Positions 1 to 8,850 of a DNA stretch of 32,000 nucleotides are shown piece after piece (within the stretch, counting starts at the first letter, position 1; the number at the start of each line of letters is the position of its first letter). The DNA is from Trinickia mobilis. Its GTDB lineage: Bacteria; Pseudomonadota; Gammaproteobacteria; Burkholderiales; Burkholderiaceae. Under the pieces are notes generated by a model. The model did not search any database. It saw only the letters and a program-made list of their open reading frames with translations, and had not been told where the DNA came from. The position numbers and the translations under genes were made by a program. Location: positions 1 to 32,000 of the forward strand of contig NZ_JAFLRF010000031.1 of assembly GCF_017315705.1 (NCBI RefSeq), in the 5' to 3' direction.

Positions 1-915
1 CGCGGTTGTCGGCGAGTGCGTCGGCGTCGACACGGAACAGCGGCTGCGGCAGCGCGAGCTTGTACTTCAGCGTCTCGTTGCCGCGCAGGCGCGACCCGAC
101 GACGACGAGCGCATCGCACGTCCGATAGAAGCTCTCGACAGCCGGATGCACGTTGAACGCGCCGAGCGTGGCCGGATGATCCTCGGGCAGCACGCCGCGC
201 CCCTGCACGCTCGTCACGACGCCGAAACCGAGCGCCACGAGCCGCTCGACCGCAGCGCGCGCACGGCGCGCGCCGCCGCCGAGCCACAAGAGCGGCCGCT
301 TCTTGCTCGCGAGCGCATCGGCAAGCTGCGCGACACGCGCGCTGTCATGCGTGAGCGGGCTCACGTGCGGCGCGGCCAGGTCCGCGGGCCAATCGACGAG
401 CGCGGCTTGAATGTCGATCGGAATCTCGACGCTGACCGGGCCGCTCGGCGCGGTCAGCGCAACGCGCACCGCTTCGCGGATCGTCGGAAACGCGGTTTCG
501 ACCGAGCGCACGCGGTATGCGGCCTTCGAAATGGACTTCAGCATCGACAACTGGTCGGGCGCCTCGTGAATGTAGGCGAGGTCCTGGTCGAGATATTCGG
601 TTTCGATCTGCCCGGTGATGTGCAGCAGCGCCGTGCCGGCCGTCAGCGCCTCGACCATTGCACCCGCCGCATTGCCGGCAGCCGTGCCCGTGCTCGTGAA
701 CGCGACACCCAGGCCGCCCGACACGCGCGCGAGCCCATCGGCCATATTGAGCGCGCCGGCCTCGCCGCGCGCGCCGACATAGCGGATGTTGCCGCGCCGT
801 CCTATCGCATCGAGGATCGGCATGTTGTGAATCGAAATCACGCCGAACGCCGTGCGCACGCCGCATTGCTCGAGAAATGCGGCGATCAGCTCGCCAACGG
901 TGGTTTGATCAGACA
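1..915 (-). CDS. thiamine-pyrophosphate-dependent enzyme, acetolactate-synthase-large-subunit-like (N-terminal part; gene continues beyond window start)
   Basis: Absent from the ORF track because it is open at the window edge. My translation from the ATG at 915-913 reads MSDQTTVGELIAAFLEQCGVRTAFGVISIHNMPILDAIGRRGNIRYVGARGEAGALNMADGLARVSGGLGVAFTSTGTAAGNAAGAMVEALTAGTALLHITGQ..., a typical TPP-enzyme N-terminal domain. The start overlaps the stop of the upstream SDR (ATGTCTGA). Confidence 0.8.
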
Positions 916-1706
916 TGTCGTGCAACGCCTCCAGAAACATCGATATGACTGCCCGTCGTGTACGACGAGAGCGGGGTAGCCAAATAAAAGAGCGCCTGCG
1001 CCGCCTCTTCGGGGCGTCCGAAGCGGCCAAGCGGAATATTCTTTTTGCGCGCGAGCTCCCCAGTCCAGTCTTCCCAGCTCTGGCCCGGTTGAGCCTCGCG
1101 CTCGAAGCGGCGCCGCCATTGTCCGGACTCGACGATGCCGATCAGGATCGAGTTCACGCGGATACGCTGCGGCGCGAGTTCCGTCGCGAGCGACTTGGCG
1201 AGGCTCAGCACGCCGGCGCGCGCCGACGATGTCGCGACCATATGCGGCTCCGGTTGCAGCGCGAGCAGCGAGTTCACGCAGACGATCGACGGGTGGGCCG
1301 CGCCGCGCAGCATCGGCAGGAATGCGCGCGTCGGACGGATGATGCTGAAATACTTCAAGTCGAACTCTTCGCGCCAGGCCTCGTCGGTGGTGTCCGCAAA
1401 GGTCGACACGCGCCCCTGGCCCGCGTTGTTCACGAACATGTCGGTGCGGTGAAAGCGCGTCCCTACGGCTTGCGCGAACGCATCGACATCGGCGGCGTCG
1501 AGCACGTCGCAGCGCATGGCGAGCAGTTCTCCATTGGGAAACTGCTCGCTCAACGCTGCTTGCGCACGCGCGAGACGCTCGCCGTCGCGGCCGCAGATCG
1601 CCACCGAGGCGCCTGCTCGCAGGAACAGCTGCGCGGTCGCGAAGCCGATGCCGGACGAGCCGCCCGTCACCACAGCCACCTGGCCGGTCAAATCGATCTC
1701 GATCAT
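909..1706 (-). CDS. short-chain dehydrogenase/reductase (SDR)
   Basis: 265-aa ORF with the N-terminal Rossmann motif VAVVTGGSSGIGFA. Start overlaps the IclR stop (ATGA) and stop overlaps the next start, indicating operon coupling. Confidence 0.9.
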   Translation of the reverse strand: MIEIDLTGQVAVVTGGSSGIGFATAQLFLRAGASVAICGRDGERLARAQAALSEQFPNGELLAMRCDVLDAADVDAFAQAVGTRFHRTDMFVNNAGQGRVSTFADTTDEAWREEFDLKYFSIIRPTRAFLPMLRGAAHPSIVCVNSLLALQPEPHMVATSSARAGVLSLAKSLATELAPQRIRVNSILIGIVESGQWRRRFEREAQPGQSWEDWTGELARKKNIPLGRFGRPEEAAQALFYLATPLSSYTTGSHIDVSGGVARHV

Positions 1707-2563
1707 CGGAGCCCCAACGCCTTCATGTATTTGGCCTCTTTGGCGGGCCGGTAGTTGAGCCGCAGCGACAGCTTATCGGCGGCACACAGCACCTTGTCGA
1801 CGAGACCGGCATCGAGCAACGACGTGTCGATCTCGGGGCGAGGGATCGTCGTCGTGATGACGGCCACGATGCCTCCCGTGTCGTTGCGCACCGGTGCGGT
1901 GACGACCGAGATGCCGCGCTCGAACGACGAATTGCTCACCGCGTAGCCGCGCTCTGCGTACTCGTGCACGCGCTCGTAGAGTTCGTCGACCGTTTCCGGC
2001 GTCGACTTCGTGTAGCGCTCGAGCGTTGCCTCCGGATACAGCGCCCGCAACTCGGCGAGCGACAAATCCCCCATCAGCACATGGCCGTGCGTCGTCGCAT
2101 GGGCGGGCAGACGCGTTCCGACGTTCACCTTCACCGAACTGAAGATCGGCGCGTGGCTCTGAGCTTTTGCGACGAACACGACGTCGCGGCCATCGCGAAT
2201 CACGATGTGGCTCGTCAAGCCGGTCTCGTCGCGCAGCGCTTCGATGATTGGCAGCCCCAGATCCGTCAGCTCGAGCGAGCTCAGATATTCGAAACCGAGC
2301 CGCAAGACGGCCACACCGAGACGGTAGTTGCGATCCTTGTCGGCACGCTCGAGAAAGCCGAGCGCCTCGAGCGTCTGCAACAGACGGAACACCGTGGTGC
2401 GCGGGATGCGCAAGCGCTTCGCCAACTCCGGCGCGCCAAGCACCGGTTCGCGCGGTGAAAACTCGGTCAGGATCTTCAGCCCGCGTTCAAGGCCCGGCAC
2501 CATGTAGGTCGTCTCGGCCTTGTCGTCTTCTACGCCAGATGCGCCCGCTGTGTCGGGTGTCAT
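1703..2563 (-). CDS. IclR-family transcriptional regulator
   Basis: 286-aa ORF. Has an IclR-type wHTH (LERGLKILTEFS...ELAKRLRIPRTTVFRLLQTLEALGFLER) and a C-terminal effector domain. GGAG lies 9 nt upstream of the ATG at 2563. Confidence 0.9.
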   Translation of the reverse strand: MTPDTAGASGVEDDKAETTYMVPGLERGLKILTEFSPREPVLGAPELAKRLRIPRTTVFRLLQTLEALGFLERADKDRNYRLGVAVLRLGFEYLSSLELTDLGLPIIEALRDETGLTSHIVIRDGRDVVFVAKAQSHAPIFSSVKVNVGTRLPAHATTHGHVLMGDLSLAELRALYPEATLERYTKSTPETVDELYERVHEYAERGYAVSNSSFERGISVVTAPVRNDTGGIVAVITTTIPRPEIDTSLLDAGLVDKVLCAADKLSLRLNYRPAKEAKYMKALGLR

Positions 2564-2766
2564 TCCATTACTCCGTTATCCTATCTTTATGCCGGATTTG
2601 CGCGGCAACATGCGCCGATGATCGCCGAGTACGCATCGGGCGCTTCGACATGGCGCGAGTGTCCGGCGTGCAGCGCGCCGGACACTCGCGCAAGCCTGGT
2701 CTCGAAGGGCGCGGCATGCTCGTCAGTGGCGAAGGTGTCTCTGCCCATCGTCGCAGCCCCCGCCGC

Positions 2767-3321
2767 TTAGCGCTTGATCTTCGCGAGCGGCGAATCGGGC
2801 GGATACGTCGGCGTGATCGGCTTCGGCGAACCGAGCATCACGCACATCAACGCATCTTCGTCGCCGATGTTGATTTCCGTGCGATAGACGCCCGGCGGCA
2901 CCGAGATCAGGTCCCGTTCGCCGACGATCGTCTCCCACGTCTCGCCATCCTTCTCGCAGATCACCTTCATCTTTCCGCGAATGACGAAGAAAATCTCTTC
3001 GACGTCGATGTGGATATGGCTCGGGCCGACGTTGCCGGCCGGAATCACCATCGTCGAAAACGTGAAGGCGCCCGCGGGGACCGTATTCACGTCCTTTGCG
3101 ACACCGGTGCCGCCCGTGCCGACATAGCGCATCTGCGCACGGCGATACTTCGGGTCGTAGTCGGCCTGGAACTTCAGCGCGTCCCAGTCGTACTTGCGCG
3201 AGGCAAGACGCGCGACGCGTGACTCCATCCATTCGGCAAAGCTCGCCCGTGCGGGCTGTTCCCATGATTTGCGTTCGAGATCGGCATCCGCCATCGTTTT
3301 CTCCGTTTCAGTTGAGACCAT
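2767..3321 (-). CDS. cupin-domain protein
   Basis: ORF 2767..3324; the track start is TTG. ATG at 3321 overlaps the upstream SDR stop (TGATG). An alternative ATG at 3294 is preceded by GGAG. Cupin-like core GPSHIHIDVEEIFFVIRGKMKV...VPPGVYR. Confidence 0.8.
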   Translation of the reverse strand: MVSTETEKTMADADLERKSWEQPARASFAEWMESRVARLASRKYDWDALKFQADYDPKYRRAQMRYVGTGGTGVAKDVNTVPAGAFTFSTMVIPAGNVGPSHIHIDVEEIFFVIRGKMKVICEKDGETWETIVGERDLISVPPGVYRTEINIGDEDALMCVMLGSPKPITPTYPPDSPLAKIKR

Positions 3322-4088
3322 CAATTCATCACGAAGCCGCCGTTGACCGGCAGCAACTGGCCGGTGACGAAGCGCGCGGCATCGGACAACAGGAAAAGGA
3401 CCGGACCGGTCACGTCGTCGGGCACCTGCGCGCGCGCGAGCGCGCGGCCCTGCAGGTAGTAGGCGTGGCGCTCGGCCGGCACATATTCGGTCGCCTCGAC
3501 CTCCGTGAGTCCAGGCGCGATCGCATTGACCGTGATCCCGTACGAGCCGAATTCACGCGCGAGCGAGCGCGTCAGCGCGATGACCGCGCCCTTGCTCGCG
3601 ACGTAGGCGGCAAGGTTCGGCGCGCCCCAGAGGGCGGTGTCCGACGCGATGTTGACGATGCTGCCGCGCCCCGAGTCACGCAGATGCGGCAGCGCCGCGC
3701 AGCTCGCGAGCCACGTGCCGCGCACATTGACGTTCATGACGGCGTCCCACGTGGCCACCGACAGACTCTGCGCGGGCTTGCCGCCGGAGTTCGTGATCGC
3801 GGCGTTGTTCACGAGCGCGTCGACGCCGCCGAGCGTGACGGCGCTCGTTGCGACGAACGACTCGACGCTCGCCGGATCGGCAAGATCGAGGGGCACGAAA
3901 TGCGCGGTGTGGCCGTCGGCGCGCAGCGCGTCGGCAAGCGCACGTGCTGGTTCTTCGAGCACATCGCCGAATGCCACTTGCGCGCCGGCTTGAACGAGCG
4001 CCTTGACAAAGGCTGCACCAAGACCGCGTGCGCCGCCCGTCACGAGTACGCGCCTGCCTGCCAGGAGCGGATGATCAGCCTCATGCAT
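3321..4088 (-). CDS. short-chain dehydrogenase/reductase (SDR)
   Basis: ORF 3321..4118 with VLVTGGARGLGAAF Rossmann motif and YVASKGAV catalytic-region motif. I prefer the ATG at 4088 (MHEADHPLL...), which overlaps the oxygenase stop (ATGCATGA). Confidence 0.9.
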   Translation of the reverse strand: MHEADHPLLAGRRVLVTGGARGLGAAFVKALVQAGAQVAFGDVLEEPARALADALRADGHTAHFVPLDLADPASVESFVATSAVTLGGVDALVNNAAITNSGGKPAQSLSVATWDAVMNVNVRGTWLASCAALPHLRDSGRGSIVNIASDTALWGAPNLAAYVASKGAVIALTRSLAREFGSYGITVNAIAPGLTEVEATEYVPAERHAYYLQGRALARAQVPDDVTGPVLFLLSDAARFVTGQLLPVNGGFVMN

Positions 4089-5169
4089 GGATGTGCCTCG
4101 TCGTGGAGCCGCCTTCACCGGCGCCCGCGCCGGCGCGCAGTGTGTCGAGCGCGTCGAAATGCTGCTGCGCGCGCTGGCGCAGCATGCGGCGCACGCGCGT
4201 CATGCCGACGTCGTGCTGATAGAGGAATTCGTGATCGCGCGCATTCGGCGCCATGCTTTCGAGCACGTAGCGATCCTGCTCGAGCACCGCCCAATGCAGG
4301 CCTTCGAGCCGGTTGCGGTACAGGAAGCGCCATGCGTCGCGCTGCCAGCCGCTGACTTTGCGCGTGCGCCAGAAATAGACCTGGCAGTTGTTCTCGTCGA
4401 CGGGCGTCGCGAAACCGATGATCCCGAAGCTGCCGCCCGGGCCGAACTTCTTCTTGTACGGAATGGCAAGGCGCATCCACAGGCAGCCGGTTTCGCCGAG
4501 CTCGACCCAGTCGAAATTGACGCCTCGCTGGTTGACCTTTTCGAATATGAGGCCCGTTTCCGTCTTGCGCACGCGCATGTCAGCCTGCTTGTCGCCTTCG
4601 GCCATCGAGTGCGAGCTCGCGTGCAGATAGGCCCCGTGCATCGGGTCCATCACGTTGTCGATCGCGTATTGGTAGTTGCACTTCCAATGCGACATGCACA
4701 AGAAATGCGAATGCTCGTCGCTCACGAGTTCTTCAGGCAGATCGAGCGGCGCGGGTTCCTTGTGCGCGTCGTCGCCGAACCACAGGAAAATCGCGCCGGC
4801 GCGCTCCTTCACCGGATACGACTTCACGCACTGCTGCCCTTCGAGCGGACAGTTCGACACGGCCGGCACCTTCGTCACCGTGCCGCCGCCGTTCACTTCG
4901 ACGCCGTGATACCAGCAGGCCACGCGGTCGCCGAGATTCCAGCCGAGCGACAGGCGCGCGCCGCGATGCGGGCAACGGTCTTCTAGCGCGTGCACGTGGC
5001 CGTCTTGATCGCGCCAGAGCACGATCTGTTCGCCAAGGCGCGTTAGCCCGATCGGCGCGTTCGCGACCTGCCAGCTCGGCGCGACCGGGTACCAATAGTT
5101 GCGAAGACCGCGATCGAGGTAGGCCTGAATCGGGTCGGCGGCGCTGCTTGTATTGGAGGGGGATGTCAT
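4081..5169 (-). CDS. Rieske [2Fe-2S] non-heme-iron oxygenase, alpha (catalytic) subunit
   Basis: Rieske motif CPHRGARLSLGWNLGDRVACWYHG and mononuclear-iron motif NVMDPMHGAYLH. I prefer the ATG at 5169 (MTSPSNTSS...), which has GGAG 7 nt upstream, over the track start at 5190. Confidence 0.9.
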   Translation of the reverse strand: MTSPSNTSSAADPIQAYLDRGLRNYWYPVAPSWQVANAPIGLTRLGEQIVLWRDQDGHVHALEDRCPHRGARLSLGWNLGDRVACWYHGVEVNGGGTVTKVPAVSNCPLEGQQCVKSYPVKERAGAIFLWFGDDAHKEPAPLDLPEELVSDEHSHFLCMSHWKCNYQYAIDNVMDPMHGAYLHASSHSMAEGDKQADMRVRKTETGLIFEKVNQRGVNFDWVELGETGCLWMRLAIPYKKKFGPGGSFGIIGFATPVDENNCQVYFWRTRKVSGWQRDAWRFLYRNRLEGLHWAVLEQDRYVLESMAPNARDHEFLYQHDVGMTRVRRMLRQRAQQHFDALDTLRAGAGAGEGGSTTRHIHA

Positions 5170-5253
5170 CAAGAGACTCCGAATGCGCATGCGTTGAGTA
5201 CGCGGGAGAAGCCGAGGCCGTCGTACAGACGCTTGCGGCTTGCCACGCGCGTC

Positions 5254-5565
5254 TTATTCGGCAAGCGCGCGAAATTCGGCGGCCAGCCGCTCGGCGGTCC
5301 AGGGCGCGCCCTCGGGAGACCGAAAGCCGACCTGGTTCAGCCCGGCCACCACGTCGTTGAGCTCGGTCGCTCCGGCTTCGAACACTTGCTCGAGCGCATC
5401 GCCGAAGTCGTTTTCGTATTGGGTCGGCTCGGCCTTGCGTGTTTGCCAGATGAAGTTTTCGGTCTTGCCCGGCTGCTCGATCGCGCCCTTGCCCGCGACG
5501 TTGTTCGGCTGCGGCGCGAGCCAGGGCTTCAGATAGGGATTGAAATTCACGGTGACCTCTTGCAT
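5254..5565 (-). CDS. small conserved-looking protein of unknown function in the oxygenase operon
   Basis: ORF 5254..5601. The internal ATG at 5565 (MQEVTVNFNPYLKPW...) begins 1 nt after the ferredoxin stop. Non-repetitive composition; no motif I can name. Confidence 0.6.
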   Translation of the reverse strand: MQEVTVNFNPYLKPWLAPQPNNVAGKGAIEQPGKTENFIWQTRKAEPTQYENDFGDALEQVFEAGATELNDVVAGLNQVGFRSPEGAPWTAERLAAEFRALAE

Positions 5566-5566
5566 G

Positions 5567-5881
5567 TCATTGCACCTTGATCTGGATTTCTTCACCGGCA
5601 AGACGCACGGCGTACGTCTTCAGGTCGCGGCCGCCGGGCTCTTTCAGGCACTTGCCGGTGGGGATATGGAAGACCGCTTCGTGCAGCGGACACTCGACGG
5701 TGTCGCCGTCGACAAAGCCTTGCGTAAGCAGCGCATACGCGTGCGGGCAGACGTTTTCGAGCGCGTAGAGCGCGTCGCCCACCTTGTAGATGCCGATCTC
5801 CGTACCGTCGAGCTTGAACTCGATCGGCGCGTCCTCGGACAAGTCGCCGGCATGTCCGGCGCAGCGCCATTCTTCAGACAT
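5567..5881 (-). CDS. Rieske-type [2Fe-2S] ferredoxin component
   Basis: CPHAYALLTQGFVDGDTVECPLH Rieske motif, about 104 aa. The ATG at 5881 (MSEEWRCAG...) is preceded by GGAAGGTGAG. Confidence 0.85.
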   Translation of the reverse strand: MSEEWRCAGHAGDLSEDAPIEFKLDGTEIGIYKVGDALYALENVCPHAYALLTQGFVDGDTVECPLHEAVFHIPTGKCLKEPGGRDLKTYAVRLAGEEIQIKVQ

Positions 5882-5900
5882 CTCACTCACCTTCCTCGTG

Positions 5901-5938
5901 CCATATGTTCCATACAAGGAACAATAGTTTATGTATGG
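5901..5938. promoter_or_regulatory. operator-like inverted repeats upstream of the ferredoxin/oxygenase operon
   Basis: GTTCC-N6-GGAAC at 5907-5922, nested in CCATACA-N15-TGTATGG at 5910-5938. AT-rich context immediately upstream of the operon start. Confidence 0.5.
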
Positions 5939-6177
5939 TCATTATAGAAAGGCAAACTGGGAAAGCAAACAGAAATCCTCGCGTCTAGGGGAAAGTACCG
6001 AGTCTGCGCCGGGGATTCGTTGCGCGCGCATCCAATCGCTTCTGTCCGGACGCGCCGGGGACCGTCGGATAAGGCGATCGGCAATTTCGATCCGCGCCTT
6101 TATTGGCGTTCCGGAGCGTCGCCGACACGCAAAAAAGTATTTCTTTTCGCACGCCGATATGCCTATACTTTCCATAG

Positions 6178-6215
6178 GAAAGACAGTTGTCCATATATGG
6201 AACAAAGAGGACGCT
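6178..6215. promoter_or_regulatory. operator-like palindromes upstream of the porin gene
   Basis: Perfect palindromes CTTTCCATAGGAAAG (6178-6192) and TCCATATATGGA (6200-6211). TATGGAAC (6206-6213) is the reverse complement of GTTCCATA at 5907-5914. Confidence 0.5.
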
Positions 6216-6315
6216 AGCTTGCCTGTGTTGGCGGGTGGAGACAATCCAGATTCGAACCAAGGATGAGGCGAGCCGGCGACGGTTCCTGGCTTGCATCATG
6301 TGATTAGGATAACGA

Positions 6316-7386
6316 ATGGTTAAGCAAACGATTGCAGGAGCATTGATCGGGGCCGGCGTCATGTCGGGAGCATGGGCGCAAAGCAGTGTGACGCTATACG
6401 GCAGCATAGATGCCGGCGTTGCGTACATCAGCAACGTCGGCGGCGGCACCACGTGGATCGAGGAGCAAGGCAACACGCAGCCCGACCGCTGGGGCCTTAC
6501 GGGCACTGAGGATCTGGGCGGCGGATTGAAGACGATCTTCAAGCTCGAGAACGGCTTTCATACGAACACCGGCACGCTTGTGACGAGTCTCTTCTCTCGC
6601 CAGGCTTATGTCGGTCTCAGTTCCGATCAGTTCGGCACGCTGAGGCTCGGCCATCAGACGCCGTTCAGCTTCGACGTCCTGAGCCCCTTCAGTACCGCTT
6701 ATCTTGGGCAGAGCTGGTTTGCCTTCCATCCTGGCAACCTCGACGAGCTTGCCGATACCCTCGGCGTTCCGTTCGATAACTCGGTGAAGTACAACTCGCC
6801 CAACTGGTATGGATTCTCGTTCGGCGCAATGATGGGGCTCGGTAACACGACTAACTTTGCTACGGGCCGCAGAATGAGCTACGCGCTCAGCTATGCGAAT
6901 GGTCCGCTGAAGGCCGGCGCGACGTGGTCGGACGAGAATAACCGGATGGTGTCGATCGCGCCCACGGGCATCGCGACCTTTCAGGGGCAACCGAGCGCAA
7001 CGTACGTTGCCGACAAGCTTCAAAACATGGGAGCCGGCGCCTCATACCAGCTCGGCAAGCTGCTCTTGCATGCGCTCTACACGCGCACGAAGCTGCAGTC
7101 GAACGGACACTCCGATACGTTCCAGAGCTACGATGCCGGCGCCAACTATCAGTTCACGCCGGCCAACAGCATCGCGGGCGGAGCTGCCACGACGACGCTC
7201 GCCGGCAAGCGCTGGACGCAGTTCGAGCTGGGCGACATCTACGCGCTGTCGAAATCGACGCAGCTGTATGCGAACGTGCTGTACGAGCATGGAAGTTCGG
7301 GCACGAACGCCGCATTCTTCACGGCCGGTGTTTCAAGCAGCCAAAATCAGGTCATCATCCTGACCGGGATCCATCACTCGTTCTGA
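6316..7386 (+). CDS. Gram-negative general porin (OmpC/OpcP-like trimeric porin)
   Basis: 356 aa. Signal peptide ...GVMSGAWA/QSSVTLYGSIDAGV, Gly/Tyr-rich beta-strand pattern, C-terminal ...GIHHSF. AGGA RBS upstream. Confidence 0.9.
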   Translation: MVKQTIAGALIGAGVMSGAWAQSSVTLYGSIDAGVAYISNVGGGTTWIEEQGNTQPDRWGLTGTEDLGGGLKTIFKLENGFHTNTGTLVTSLFSRQAYVGLSSDQFGTLRLGHQTPFSFDVLSPFSTAYLGQSWFAFHPGNLDELADTLGVPFDNSVKYNSPNWYGFSFGAMMGLGNTTNFATGRRMSYALSYANGPLKAGATWSDENNRMVSIAPTGIATFQGQPSATYVADKLQNMGAGASYQLGKLLLHALYTRTKLQSNGHSDTFQSYDAGANYQFTPANSIAGGAATTTLAGKRWTQFELGDIYALSKSTQLYANVLYEHGSSGTNAAFFTAGVSSSQNQVIILTGIHHSF

Positions 7387-7404
7387 GGCTCCAACGCGCG
7401 CCCG

Positions 7405-8403
7405 TCACGTCGCCGCAAAGGTTTTGCGTTGGGCGCGCGCGAAGGTGGGGTCGTCCGCACGGGGGCGGTAGTTCAAGCGAATCGAGAGCTCGTTTGCAGC
7501 GCCGCACGCGGCTTCGATGAGCTGCTCCTTCTCGTGCGGCTCGCCAAGATCGGAGCGCGGCACGGTCACGGTCACCGCGGCCGCGATCTTGCCCGCCTGG
7601 TCGCGCACCGGTGCGGTTACGACGGATATCCCGCGTTCGAACGACGCTTCGCTGACCGCGTAGCCCTGCAACGCACATTCGCGCACGCGCTCGTACAGTT
7701 CTTCGATAGTCGTGGGCGTGCGCTCGGTAAACGGCTCGAGTCGCGCGTGTCCGTAAAGCTCGCGCAATGCAGCGAGCGTCAGGTCGCCCATCAGCACGTG
7801 ACCGTGCACCGTTGCATGCGCCGGCAAGCGCGTGCCGATCTGCACCTTGACCGAACTGAATATGGACTGCTGACTCTGTGCCTTCGCGACGAACACGACG
7901 TCGCGCTGATCGCGTATCAGCAGATGGGCGGAGAGCCCGGTCGCATCGCGCAGACGTTCGAGAATCGGCGTACCGAAATCGGTCAATTCGAGCGAGCTCA
8001 GATATTCGAAACCGAGCCGCAGCACCGCGACGCCGAGCCGGAAGTACCGGTCGCTGTTTACGCGCTCGAGAAAACCGAGTGCCTCGAGCGTTTGAAGGAG
8101 ACGGAAGGTCGTCGTGCGTGGAATGCCGATGCGCTTGGACAGTTCGGGCGCGCAGAGCACCGGATCGTGCGCCGAAAACTCGGCGAGAATGCGCAGGCCG
8201 CGCTCGAGGCCGGGCACTAGATAGGACGAATTCGACGTCCCCGATTCCTCGTCGTTTGCTTCGGCCGGTTCGAGGTTTTCAGCGGCAGGCTCACACGCCG
8301 CATCTGCCGCTTCTGACGCATCGCGTGATTTTCTGGGTGCCTTCTTTGCGGCCGCAACCGTGCTTGCTTTTGCCATGTCGGCTTCGATTGAGCTAATGAC
8401 CAA
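7405..8403 (-). CDS. IclR-family transcriptional regulator, paralogue of 1703..2563, with N-terminal Ala/acidic extension
   Basis: Long stretches are near-identical to the first IclR (LERGLRILAEFS, AVLRLGFEYLSSLELTD, RDVVFVAKAQS, ERGISVVTAPVR). The track start at 8403 is TTG; the ATG at 8376 (MAKASTVAAAKK) is an alternative. Confidence 0.9.
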   Translation of the reverse strand: MVISSIEADMAKASTVAAAKKAPRKSRDASEAADAACEPAAENLEPAEANDEESGTSNSSYLVPGLERGLRILAEFSAHDPVLCAPELSKRIGIPRTTTFRLLQTLEALGFLERVNSDRYFRLGVAVLRLGFEYLSSLELTDFGTPILERLRDATGLSAHLLIRDQRDVVFVAKAQSQQSIFSSVKVQIGTRLPAHATVHGHVLMGDLTLAALRELYGHARLEPFTERTPTTIEELYERVRECALQGYAVSEASFERGISVVTAPVRDQAGKIAAAVTVTVPRSDLGEPHEKEQLIEAACGAANELSIRLNYRPRADDPTFARAQRKTFAAT

Positions 8404-8850
8404 ATCGAATCATAGCGCGAAGGCGGTCACGGCACTGCCGCGCTCGGCTCGCGCCAGGCGAGGCTCCGAGAAGCAGGCCGCCGATCGAGGACAAGAAGAC
8501 CAACCCCGGTGGGATTGGGCAACGCCGCTTTGCGGCGCTCGAGGGCTCTGGTAGCGAATGGATTGCGATGCTTTGTTCGCCACCCATGCAGAAGTAAATC
8601 AGTCGTGACGCCAGCACGCAGTGGGCCGCGGCGCCCGACTGAGACGAGCCAGCCGAAATCATGCGACTGCAACGGAACGGCTAGCAGACCACCTACCTGG
8701 CGCCCGGCACGTGAACTGCGGCCAAGGGCCGGGCGTCCGGCCTAGGCCGTTCTGAGGCATAGAATCTGAGCGATGTTCGGATGGCGTCGTAACGGCTCCG
8801 GCATAGCACATAAGCAAAAGACAACGTCAGAGATGCTAAAGAGGTGAACA

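Noticed and set aside
146-979. A long plus-strand ORF (277 aa), and many similar long ORFs elsewhere (e.g. 915..1754+, 2248..3222+, 3096..4355+, 4087..4986+, 12123..13352-, 12629..13456+, 13516..14664+, 16191..17132-, 17141..18682-, 19221..19973-, 19340..20119+, 29125..29790-, 30317..30979-, 31319..31939-)
   Set aside because: They overlap well-supported genes on the opposite strand or in another frame. They translate to Arg/Ala/Gly/Pro-rich low-complexity sequence. These are typical shadow ORFs of high-GC DNA where stop codons are rare.
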